Positions 1 to 11,993 of a stretch of 64,000 bases of DNA are shown in pieces. The number at the start of each line of letters is the position of its first letter. Positions within the stretch are counted from its first letter, which is position 1. Source of the stretch: Eledone cirrhosa (lineage: Eukaryota); contig OZ024744.1 of NCBI GenBank assembly GCA_964016885.1, positions 8,494,001 to 8,558,000 of the forward strand, given 5' to 3'. The notes under the pieces are model-generated. The model saw only the letters and a list, made by a program, of their open reading frames with translations, ran no database searches and had not been told where the DNA came from. A program made the translations under genes and the position numbers.

Positions 1-3000
1 AGTAGTGTGGTGTATATTATAGTAGTGTGGTATATATTGTATTAGTGTGGTATATATTATAATAGTCTGGCATATATTATAGTAGTGTGGTGTATGTTAT
101 AGTAGTGTGGTGGTGTATATTATAGTAGCGTAGCGTATATTATAGTAGTGTGGAATATATTACAGTAATATGGTGTATATTATAGTAGTGTGGTGTATAT
201 TATAGTAGTTTGGTATATATTATAGTAGTCTGGTATATATTATAGTAGTGTGATGTATGTTATAGTAGTATGGTGGTGTATATTATAGTAGTGTAACCTA
301 TATTATAGTACTGTACCGTACATTACAGTGGTGAGGTATACATTATAATAGGGTGGTGGTATATATTATAGTGGTGTGGTATATATTATAGTAGTGTGGT
401 ATATATTATAGTAATGTGGTGTACATTCTAGTAGTGTGGCGTATATTATAGTAGAGTTGTGTATATTATGGTAGTGTGGTGTATATTATAGTAGTGTGGT
501 GTATATTATAGTAGTGTGCTGTATATTATAATAGTGTGACATATATTATAGTAGTGTGACATACATTAAAGTAGTGTGGTGTATATTATATTTGTTTGGT
601 GTACATTATAGTAGTTTGGTGTATATTATAGTAATGTGGTGATGTATATTATAGTAGTGTGGTGTATATTATAGTAGTGTGGTATATATTATAGTAGTGT
701 TTTGTAGATTATATTAGTGTTGTATAAGTTACACTAGTGTGGTGTATATTATAGTAGTGTGATGTATATTATAGCAGTGGGGTGTATATTATAGTAGTGT
801 GGTATATATGAGAGTAGTGTGGCATATATTATAATAGTGTTGTATATATTATAGTAGTGTGGTAAATATTATAGCTGTGTGGTATATATTATAGTAGTGT
901 GGTTTATATTATAATAGTGTGGTGTATCTTATATTAGTGTGGTGTATATTATAGTAGTGAGTGGATGTTATAGTAGTGTGGTGGTGTATATTATAGTAGC
1001 GTGCTATATATTATAGGTGTGTGGTATATATTATTGTAGTGTGGTATTTATATTATAGTAGTGTGGTATATATTATAGTAGTGTGGTGTTTATTATAGTA
1101 GTGTGGTATATATTATAGTAGTGTGGTGTATATAATAGTAGTGTGGTATATATTATAGAAGTGTTGTGGTATATATTATAGTAATGTGGTTTATATTATA
1201 ATATTTTGGTATATATTATAGTAGTGTGGTGTTTATAATATTAGTGTGCTGTATATTATAGCAGCGGGGTGTATATTATAGTAGTGTGGTGTATATTATA
1301 GTAATGTGGTATATATATTATAGTAGAGTGGTATATATTATAGTAGTGTGGTGGTATATACTATAGTAGTGTGCTATATATTATAGTAGTGTGGTATATG
1401 TTATAGTAGTGTGGTGTATATTATAATAGTGTGGTATGTATTACAGTACTGTGGTAGTATATCTTATAGAAATGTGGTATATATTATAGCTGTCTGGTGT
1501 ATATTATAGTAGTGTGATTTATATTATAGTAGTGTTGCACATATTATAGTAGGGTGGTGTATGTTATATTAGTGTGATGATGTATATTATAGCATTGTGA
1601 TATATATTACTGTTGTGTGGCATATATTATTGTAGTGGAGTATATGTTGTAGTAATGTGGTATATATTATAGTATATATTATCATGTGGTATATGTTATA
1701 ATATGGTGTATATTATAGTAGTGTAGTATATATTATTGTAGTCTGGTATATATTATAATAGTATGGTGTATGTTATAGTAGTGTGGTGGATGTTATAGTA
1801 GTGTGGTGGTGTATATCATAGTAGCGTGCTATATATTATAGGTGTGTGGTATATATTATTGTAGTGTGGTATTTACATTATAGTAGCGTGGTATATATTA
1901 TAGTAGTGTGGTGTTTATTATAGTAGTGTGGTATATATTATAGTAGTGTGGTGTATATTATAGTAGTGTGGTATATATTATAGTAGTGTGTTATATATTA
2001 TAGTTGTGTACTGTATAATATAATAGTGTGACATATATTATAGTAGTTTGACATATATTAAAGTAGTGTGGTGTATATTATAGTAGTTTGGTGTATATTA
2101 CATTAGTGTGGTTGTATATATTATAGTAGTGTGGTATATATTTTAGTAGTGTGGTATATATTGTAGTAGTGTGGTATATATTATAGTAGTGTGGTGTATG
2201 TTATGGTAGTGTGGTTGTGTATATTATAGTAGTGTGGAGTATATTATAGTAGTGCGGTGTATATTATAGTAGTGCGGTGTATATTATAGTAGTGTGGTAT
2301 ATATATCATAGTAGAGTGGTATATATTATAATAGTGTGATGTATTTTATAATAGTGTGGTAAATGTTTTAGTAGGGTGGTATATATTATAGTAGTGCGGT
2401 ATATATTATAGTAGTGTTGTATATATTATAGTAGTGTGGTGTATATTATAGTAGTGTGGTATATATTGTATTAGTGAGGTATATATTATAATAGTCTGGT
2501 ATATATTATAGTAGTGTGGTGTATGTTATAGTAGTGTGGTGGTGTATATTATAGTAGCGTAGCATATATTATAGTAGTGTGGAATATATTACAGTAATGT
2601 GGTGTATATTATAGTAGTGTGGTGTATATTATAGTAGTTTGGTATATATTATAGTAGTCTGGTATATATTATAGTAGTGTGATGTATGTTATAGTAGTAT
2701 GGTGGTGTATATTATAGTAGTGTAACCTATATTATAGTAGTGTACCGTACATTACAGTAGTGAAGTATACATTATAATAGGTTGGTGGTATATATTATAG
2801 TGGTGTGGTATATATTATAGTAGTGTGGTATATATTATAGTAATGTGGTGTATATTCTAGTAGTGTGGCGTATATTATAGTAGTGTTGTGTATATTATGG
2901 TAGTGTGGAGTATATTATGGTAGTGTGGTGTATATTATAGTAGTGTGCTGTATATTATAATAGTGTGACATATATTATAGTAGTGTGACATACATTAAAG

Positions 3001-5960
3001 TAGTGTGGTGTATATATTATAGTAGTTTAGTGTATATTATAATAGTGTGGTTGTATATATTATAGTAGTGTGGTATATTTTGTAGTAGTGTGGTATCTAT
3101 TGTAGTAGTGTGGTATATATTATTGTAGTGTGATATATATTATAATAGTGCGGTGTATGTTATAGTAGTGTGATGGTGTATATTATAGCAGGGTGTTATA
3201 TATTATAGTAGTGTCGTGTATATTATAGTAAACTGGTGTATATTATATTAGTGTGGTATATATCATGGTAGTGTGGAGTATATTATAATAGTGTGGTGTA
3301 TATTATAGTAGTGTGATATATATTATAGTAGTGTGATATATATTATAGTAGTGTATATTATAGTAGTGTGGTGTATATTATAGTAGTGCGGTGTATATTA
3401 TAGTAGTGTGGTATATACATTATATTAGAGTTGTGTATTTTATAGTAGTGGGGTATATATTATAATAGTGTGGTATATATTATAGTAGTGTGGTATATAT
3501 TATAGTAGTGTGGTTTATATTATAGTAGTGTGCTGTATATTATAGTAGTGTGGTATATATTATATTAGTGTGGTGTATTTTTTAGTAGTGTGGTATATAT
3601 TATAATAGGGTGGTGTTAGTAGTCTGGTATATATTATAGTAGTGTGGTGTATATTATTGTAGTGTGCTGTATATATTATTGTAGTGTGGGATATATTATA
3701 ATAGTGTGGAATATATTATAGTTATGTGGTATATATTATAGTAGTATGGTATATATTATAGTAGAGTGGTATATATTATAGTAGTCTGGAATATATTAAC
3801 GTAGTGTGGTGTATATTATAGTAGTGTGTTGTATATTAAAGTAGTGTGGTATATATTATAGTAGTGTGGTGGTGTATATTATAGTAATGTGGTATATATT
3901 ACAGTAGTATGGTATGTATTATAGTAGCGTGGTGGTGTATATTATAGAAGTGTGGTATATATTATAGCAGTCTGGTGTATATTATAGTAGTGTGGTATAT
4001 ATTGTAGTAGATTTGTGTATATTAGAGTAGTGTGATATATATTATATTAGCGTGGTGTATATTATAGTAGTGTGATATATATTATAGTAGTATGGTGTAT
4101 GTTATAGTAGTGTGGTTGTGTATATTATAGTATTTTGGTGTACAAAATAGTATTATGGTGTATATTATAGTAGTGTGGTATATATTATATCAGTGTGGTG
4201 TATTTTATAGTAGTGTGGTATATATTATAGCAGTGTGGTATATATTATAATAGTGTGGTTTTTATTATAGTAGTGTGTAGTATATTATAGTAGTGTGGTA
4301 TATATTATATTAGTGTGGTGTATTTTATAGTAGTGTGCTATATATATTATATGTTATAGTAGTGTGTTGGTGTATATATTATAGTAGTGTGGTGTATATT
4401 ATAGTAGTGTGTTGTATATAATACTATTGTGGTCTATATTATAGTAGTGTGGTACATATTATAATAGTGTGCTGTATATTATAATATTGTTGCTAATATT
4501 ATAGTAGGGTGATATATATTATAGTAGTGTGGTATATATTACAGTAGTGTGGTATATATTAAAATAGGGTTGTGTTAGTAGCGTGGTATATATTATAGTA
4601 GTGTGGTGCATATATTATTGTAGTTTGGTATATATTATAATAGTTTCGTGTATATTATAGTAGTGTGATATATATTATAGTAGTGTGGCCTATATTATTG
4701 TAGTGTGGTATAAATTGAGGTAGTGTGGTATATATTGTAGTAGTGTGGTGTATGTTATAGTAGTGTCGTTGTGTATAATATATTAGTGTGGTGTATATTA
4801 TAGTAGTTTGGAGTATATTATAGCAGTGTGGTGTATATTATAGTAGTATGGTATATATTATATTGGTACTGTGTATATTATAGTAGTGTGGTATATATTA
4901 TTGTAGTGTGGTATATATTATAATAGTGTGGTGTATGTTATAGTAGTGTGATGGTGTATATTATAGCAGTGTGGTATATATTATAGTAGTGTGGTGTATA
5001 TTGTAGTAATCTGGTGTATATTATATTAGTGTGGTGTATATTATGGTAGTGTGTAGTTTATTATAGTAGTGCTGTATATATTATAGTAGTGTTGTATATA
5101 TCATAATAGTCTGGTATATATTATAGTAGTTTCGTGTATGATATAGTAGTGTGGTGGTGTATATTATAGTAGTATAGCGTATATTATACTAGTGTGGTAT
5201 ATATTACAGTAGTGTTAAGTATATTATAGTAGTGTGGTATATATAACACTAGTGTGGCGTATATTATAGTAGTTTGGTGTATATTATAGTGGTGTAGCTT
5301 ATATTAAAGTAGTGTAGCGTACATTACAGTAGTGTGTTATACATTATAATAGGGTGGTGGTATATATTATAGTAGTGTGGTATATATTATAGTAGTGTGC
5401 TATATATTATAGTAACGTGCTATATATTATAGTAATGTAGTGTATATTATAGTAGTGTGGCGTATATTATAGTATTGTTGTGTATATTATGGTCGTGTGG
5501 TGTATATTATAGTAGTGTGGTGTATATTATAGTAGTGTGTTATATATTATAGTAGTGTGCTGTATAATATAATAGTGTGACATATATTATAGTAGTTTGA
5601 CATATATTAAAGTAGTGTGGTGTATATTATAGTAGTTTGGTGTATATTACATTAGTGTGGTTGTATATATTATAGTAGTGTGGTATATATTGTAGTAGTG
5701 TGGTATATATTGTAGTAGTGTGGTATATATTATAGTAGTGTGGTGTATGTTATGGTAGTGTGGTTGTGTATATTATAGTAGTGTGGAGTATATTATAGTA
5801 GTGCGGTGTATATTATAGTAGTGTGGTATATATTATTGTAGTGTGGTATATATTATATTTGTGTGGTGTATGTTATAGTAGTGTGATGGTGTATATTACA
5901 GCAGGGTGTTATATATTAAAGTAGTGTCGTGTATATTATATTAATCTGGTGTATATTAGT
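1..5960. repeat. 20-bp GT-rich minisatellite array, diverged monomers (block 1, runs off window start)
   Basis: Continuous tandem TATATTATAGTAGTGTGGT(G/A) monomers with scattered substitutions and 23-bp +GGT variants; the + strand is nearly devoid of C. Confidence 0.97.
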
Positions 5961-6147
5961 AGTGGTGGATTGGCAGTATCGGTAGAGGGTCGGACCCCAT
6001 ACTTTCCAGCATAGTTACGTCCCTTTACGATCTGAGTTCTAATCCCGCGGAGGTTGACTTTGCCTTTCATCCTTACGGGGTCGATAAAATGAAAGTACCA
6101 GTAATGCACTGGTGTATTGCTGGCCTGGTGCCTAAAGTAGAAACAAT
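5961..6147 (+). mobile_element. tRNA-derived SINE (copy 1)
   Basis: A-box-like TGGCAGTATCGG (5971) and B-box-like GAGTTCTAATCC (~6034). Core TTTGCCTTTCATCCTTACGGGGTCGATAAAA..AGTACCAGT, A/T-rich end. Homologous in inverted orientation to 11502-11688. Possible TSD TATATTAGT (5952-5960/6148-6156), but low complexity. Confidence 0.85.
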
Positions 6148-6610
6148 TATATTAGTTTGGTGTATATCATGGTTGTGTGGAGTATTTTATAGTAGTGTGA
6201 TATATATTATAGTAGTGTGGTATATATTATACTAGTGTGGTATATATTACAGTAGTGTCGGTATATATTATAGAAGTGTGGTATATATTATAGTAGTTAT
6301 GTATACATGTGGTGTATACATCATAGTGTGGTGGTGTATATTATAGTAGCGTAGTGTATATTATAGTAGTGTGGAATATATTACAGTAATGTGGTGTATA
6401 TTATAGTAGTGTGGTGTATATTACACTAGTGTGGTGTATATTATAGTAGTGTAGCGAATATTATAGTAGTGTAGTATATATTATAGTAGTGTGGTATATA
6501 TTATATTAATTTGGTGTATATTATAGTAGTTTTGTGTATATTATAGTAGTGTGGTATATATTATAGCAGTGTGGTATATATCACAGCAGTGTGGTGTATA
6601 TTATCGTAGT
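6148..6610. repeat. 20-bp minisatellite (block 2)
   Basis: Same monomer as block 1. Confidence 0.95.
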
Positions 6611-9600
6611 CATCATCATCATCATCATCACCGTTTTACGTCCGTTCTTCCACGCTAGCATGGGTTAGACGGGTTGTCCTGTTGTGGGCAGTGTCTGGTC
6701 GGCTGACCATGCCTTGCTCATACAGGAACTGATCTGGCTTGATTTCTACAGCTGGATGCCCTTCCTAGCACCAACCTCATTTACAGTGAGTGCTGGGTGC
6801 TTTTTCGTGGCGCCTACACGTCCACTTTACAGTGTGGGCTGGGTGCTTTTTTGCCGTGGCACCTCCACGACCACCTTGCGGTGGGGGGGGGGGGGGGGGG
6901 GGCATATTGTTTATATGCTTCAGCATGTACCCATGGGAGGTCGGGTACCCTGTATTACTGCGTGACGCCAGAAGTCACGGTCGTGTGTCATTGACTTTGA
7001 GAGGTGTAGTTGGGTAAGGTCGGCTTTTATCACCTCATCCCAAGTCATCTTGGGTCTCCCCACTCCGCGGTTTCCATCAACTTCTAGTGCTCTGCACCTT
7101 TTTATGCAGCTGTCATCCTTCATACGCATCACATGTCCATACCAGCGTAACCGCCTCTCCTGCACGCAGCATTTGATTCCTCTTATGCTCAGTCTCTCTC
7201 TCAATTCATTTATGCTTTGTCGTTCATATATATTACTGTTACACATCCATCGGAGCATGCAGGCTTCGTTTCTCTCTAATCTACGTAAGTCTTCCACCTT
7301 CAGCGCCCAGGTCTCACTACCATGCAACATCGCTGTTCGGATACACGCATCATACAGTCTGCCTTTCATTCTGAGGGGGAAGCCTTTTGCAGCTAGCAGT
7401 GGTAGTAGTTCCCTAAACTTCTTCCATCCCGTTCTTACCCTAGTTATTGTACTTTCTGAGCACCCACCTCCGTTGCTAATTCGGTCACCTAGGTAGCAGA
7501 AGCTGTCTACTGTTTCTACAGGGCCCTCCCAGAGATTGGTGGTACTTGTTTCCTGTGGCTGTTTGCTTGCTGTTTCAGCACAGCTGCTGCATGTGAATCC
7601 TACATTCTTAATTAAGCTTCCTGAGATCCCGCTACATCTCTTGTGTACCCATTGTTTGCATTTGGGGCAAAGAATGGAGTTCCTACCTACACCTTTCCTA
7701 CATACTGAGCAAGGCCATTTCCCTGAGGGGATCTGGGTTCTGTTTTCTCGTCTACTTATAAGGACCTTAGTCTTTGTCATGTTGACTTTGAGGCCCTTTC
7801 TCTCTAGTCCCTGCTTCCAGGTTTGGAATTTATTCTCTAGTTCTACCATAGATTCAGCTATGAGTGCGAGGTCATCAGCATACAGGAGTTCCCATGGGCA
7901 TCCGGTCTTAAACTCCTCCGTTATTGCCTGCAGGACTATGATGAACAGGAGAGGGCTAAGAACAGAGCCCTGGTGGACCCCAACCTGTACGCTAAATTCC
8001 TCGCTATACTCATTGCCAATCCTAACTTTGCTGACTGCTCCCCTATACATGGCTTGTACCGCTTTCACAAGCCATTCATCTACTCCTAGTTTTCTAAGAG
8101 CCCACCAGATTACTGCACGTGGAACTCTGTCAAAGGCTTTCTCAAGGTCGACAAATGCCAAGTAGAGTGGCTTACTTTTAGCTAGGTACTTTTCCTGTAA
8201 TTGCCTCACAAGGAAGAGCGCATCAGTGGTGCCTTTCCCTGGTACAAACCCAAATTGCATCTCGTCTATATTCACCCGGTCCCTAATCAGCTGTGCTATA
8301 ACTCTTTCTGTTACTTTCATGACCTGGTCCATCAACTTTATACCTCTATAGTTTCCTCTATCTAGTGCATCGCCTTTACCTTTGTAGCAGTTGACAATGA
8401 TGCTACTGCACCAATCTTTTGGTATGGCCCCCTCTAGTATTACCTGGTTAACGATACGTGTGGTTATAGTGTGACCTACAGACCCAGATGCCTTCAGCAT
8501 CTCGGCAGCTATACCCGATGGACCGGTTGCCTTCCCTATCTTCATATCTCTGATTGCCTTACTTACTACGCTGCCGCTGACTTGTACTGCTGGTCCCTCT
8601 ATAGGGTCTACGTGGGGTAGGGTCTCTTCTTCCCATGCATTCTCCTCATTTAGTAATCTATCATAATGACTCTTCCATGCATCTTTCTTCTCAGCACTTG
8701 TGAGGGCAAGCTCACCTTTATCATTCCGGATACACTTCTCTCCAATGACATCACAACTATCTCTGACACACTGCCTCGCAATCTTGAATACCTCCTGTTT
8801 CTGGTCCTCACGTTGTAAAACATGCTTGAATTTTCTATCCTCTGCTTCCCTCCTAGCTAAGTATACTTGTCGCCTAGCTTCCCTCTTGGTCTCTATGTAA
8901 TGTACCCTGCTCCCCCCGTTCTTCCATTCTTTCCATGCCTGTCTCTTGGCCTTGACTGCTTCATCTACCTTATTGTTCCACCACCAAGTCACTCTCCTCC
9001 TGCTTGAGGTCTTACTCCAGCCACAAACCTCATCCGTCGCCTCTAGTAAGTTATTTTTTAGGAACTCCCAGTTCTCTTCTACGTTAAATGTCTCTATCTG
9101 TTCTTCTTTACTGTCGTAGGCGTTGAGTAAAATATCTTTACATCTGTTACTGGTTGAGGGGACTTTCAGCTTCCAGATCTTTCTTCTCCAGGTTGGCCTC
9201 TGTTTCAGGGCTCGTCTAGTTCTGACCGTGAGGTCGCTGACAACTAAGCTATGTTGGGATGTACATTCCTCACTAGGGAAGGCTTTTGTGTTTACGACCG
9301 TCCATCTGTCACGTCCTCTGATGAGGATAAAATCTAACTGACTAGAGTGCTCCCCTGATCTATAGGTGATCAGGTGGTTGTCGGGTTTTTTAAAGTTTGT
9401 GTTACATATCGACATGTCATTGGCGTCGCAGAATTCTAGAAGTCTGAATCCTTCCTCATTCCTTGTGCCAACTCCATGGCCTCCATGTACTCTATTGAAG
9501 CCGTCGCAGTGTTTACCTACATGTCCGTTAAAATCTGCTGCAATGATTAGGAAGTCCTTGTCGTCTGTTAGAGCAGTAGTGTGTATTAGGGACTCGTAAA

Positions 9601-9693
9601 ACCTATCCTTAAGTTCGTCTGGCAGCCCCGATTGGGGTGCGTAAGCTGATATTATTGTGGTAATTGTCTTATTCAGGACTAGTCTGAGTTTAA
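6611..9693 (-). mobile_element. RTE-clade non-LTR retrotransposon, 5'-truncated (RTE copy 1)
   Basis: (CAT)n microsatellite tail at 6611-6630, 3'UTR with GGATGCCCTTCCTA motif and G20 run, single APE-RT ORF. Sequence stops abruptly inside the endonuclease domain at ~9693, where satellite resumes. Confidence 0.95.
6920..9693 (-). CDS. APE endonuclease (partial)-reverse transcriptase polyprotein with embedded PHD-type finger
   Basis: 831-aa track ORF (6920-9415). The frame reads open further upstream to the truncation point (IKLRLVLNKTITTIISAYAPQSG...ADFNGHVG...GTRNEEG). Motifs: DFIL, SQH, WWW, YRGIKL, QFGF, FVDLEKAFD, GVHQGSVLSPLLF, YADD, RRLRWYGHV, GRPK.TW. No native start codon. Confidence 0.92.
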
Positions 9694-11390
9694 TGTGTGG
9701 TATATATTACCCTAGTGTGTTGTATATTATAGTAGTGTGGTGTATATTATAGTAGTGTGGTGCATATTACAGTAGTGTGGTATATATTATAGCAGTGTGG
9801 TATATATTATAGTATTGTGCTGTATATTATAGTAGTGTGGCATATATTATAGTAGTGTGGTGTATATTATAGTAGTTTGGTATATATTATAGTAGTGTGG
9901 TGGTATATACTATATTAGTGTGGTGTATATCATTGTAGTGTGGTGGTATATATTATATTAGTATGTTATATATTATAGTAGTGTGTTATATATTATTGTA
10001 GTGTGGTACATGTTATAGTAATGTGTTATATATTATAGTAGTGTGGTGGTATATATTATAGTAGTGTGGTGTATACTATAATAGTGTAGCGAATATTATA
10101 GTAGTGTGGTATATATTACAGTAGTGTGGTATATATTAATTTAGAGCGGTGTATATTATAGTAGTCTGGTATATATTATAATAGTGTGATGTATGTTATA
10201 GTAGTGTGGTTGTGTATATTATAGTAGTGTAGCGTATATTATGATAGTGTGGTATATATTATAGTTGTGTGGTGTATATTATAGTAGTGTGGTGCATATA
10301 TTATTGTAGTGTGGTATATATTATAGTATTGTGGTATATATTATAGTAGTATTGTGTATATTATTTCAGTGTGGTGTATATTATAGTAGTGTGGTGTATA
10401 TTATATTAGTGTGGTGGTATATATTATAGTAGTGTCGTATATATTATTGTAGTGTGGTGGAATGTATGATAGTAGTGTGCTATATATTATAGTAGTGTGG
10501 TATATATTATAGTAGTGTGGTAGTATATATTATAGTAGTGTGGTATATATTATAGTAGCGTGGTGTTATATATTATATTAATGTGGTGTATATTATAGTA
10601 GGGTAATGGATATTATAGTAGTGTTGTATATTTTATAGTAGTGTGGTGGTGTATATTATAGTAATGTGGTATATATTACAGTAGTGTGGTATATATTATA
10701 GTAGTGTGCTATATATTATAGTTGTGTGGTTGTATATATTATAGAAGTGTGGTATATATTATAGAAGTGTGGTATATATTATATCAGTCCGGTGTATATT
10801 ATAGTAGTGTGGTTTATATTATAGTAGTGTGCTATATATTATAGTAGTGTGGTGGTATATATTATAGAAGTGTGGTATATATTATAGAAGTGTGGTATAT
10901 ATTATATCAGTCCGGTGTATATTATAGTAGTGTGGTTTATATTGTAGTAGTGTGATATATATAATAGTAGTGCGGTATATATTATAGTAGTGTGGTGTAT
11001 GTTATAGTAGTGTGGTGGTGTATATTATAGTAGTGCATTGTATATAATAATAGTGTGGTGTATATTATAGTAGTGAGGTATATATTATATTAGTGTGGTG
11101 TATATTATAGTAATGTTGTATATCGTATAGTAGTGTGGTATATATTATAGTAGTGTGTTGGTATATAATATAGAAGTGTGGTATATATTATATCAGTCTG
11201 GTGTATATTATAGTAGTGTGGTATATATTATAGTAGTTTTGTGTATATTATAGTAGTGTTGTGTATATTATAGTATTGTGCTGGTATATATTATAGTAGT
11301 GTGGTATATATTATAGTAGTGTGGTATATATTAATTTAGTGTGGTGTTTCTTATAATAGTGTTGTATATATTATAGTAGTCTGGTATATA
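9694..11390. repeat. 20-bp minisatellite (block 3)
   Basis: Same monomer. Confidence 0.96.
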
Positions 11391-11993
11391 TTTAGCAACA
11401 TAGTGTATAAATGTTATTGAGACACGAGTAACATAATAATGATGTCAACAGCAGAAATTATACATGAAATGTATGTTTATTTTTGTTGTAGCACAAATAA
11501 TTGTTTCTACTTTTGGCACTAGGCCAGCAATTACCCACTGTATTACTGGTACTTTATTTAATCGACCCCATAAGGATGAAAGGCAAACTTAACCTCGGCG
11601 GGATTTGAACTCAGTATGGCAAGGGCCGTAACTCTATGCCTCAAAGCATGGCGTCCGACCGTCTACCGTTACTGCCAATCCACCACCCTTGTAGCACAAA
11701 TAATGTTTGTTAACTTGTGTGGTTGAAGTTACACATAAAATGAGGTTACAAAAGGGAATGTGCCATTGTGCCGGAAAGCGGGCAGGCCAAATTGCAAAAT
11801 CTCACCGTCACATGTTGTACGTGTTGCTGGTTCTAAGTTTCTCGTGCTAGAGGAAGATTCTTCAAATCTTCGCCGGGAATTTCTCCCTCCGGGCGCGTAT
11901 GGATACATCCTCTTCTACTGGCATTGATTGGCTGAGCTGAGCTAAATCAGGCACAGAGAATGTATGTGAGACCGCGGAATGTAGGTCACTACA
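11391..11993 (-). mobile_element. Probable solo LTR (~400 bp net), interrupted by a SINE
   Basis: On the minus strand it begins TGTAGTGAC and ends TGTTGCTAAA, one mismatch from TGTAG...CTACA termini. Flanked by TATA/TATA (11387-90, 11994-97). CCAAT (~11927-31) and AATAAA (~11477-82) occur in the expected order on the minus strand. Non-coding. Confidence 0.62.
11502..11688 (-). mobile_element. tRNA-derived SINE (copy 2) with perfect 16-bp TSD
   Basis: TSD TTGTAGCACAAATAAT at 11486-11501 and 11689-11704. Minus strand reads GGTGGTGGATTGGCAGTAACGG...GAGTTCAAATCCCGCCGAGG...TTTGCCTTTCATCCTTATGGGGTCGAT...AGTACCAGT...GTAGAAACAAT. Same family as copy 1. Confidence 0.92.

Noticed and set aside
5961-6050. 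Possible tRNA gene (A and B boxes)
   Set aside because: No convincing cloverleaf; it continues into a SINE body, and the second copy has a TSD.
6684-9599. Plus-strand ORFs over RTE1, including poly-Gly ORFs
   Set aside because: Antisense shadows of the RT ORF; the poly-Gly comes from the G20 run in the UTR.
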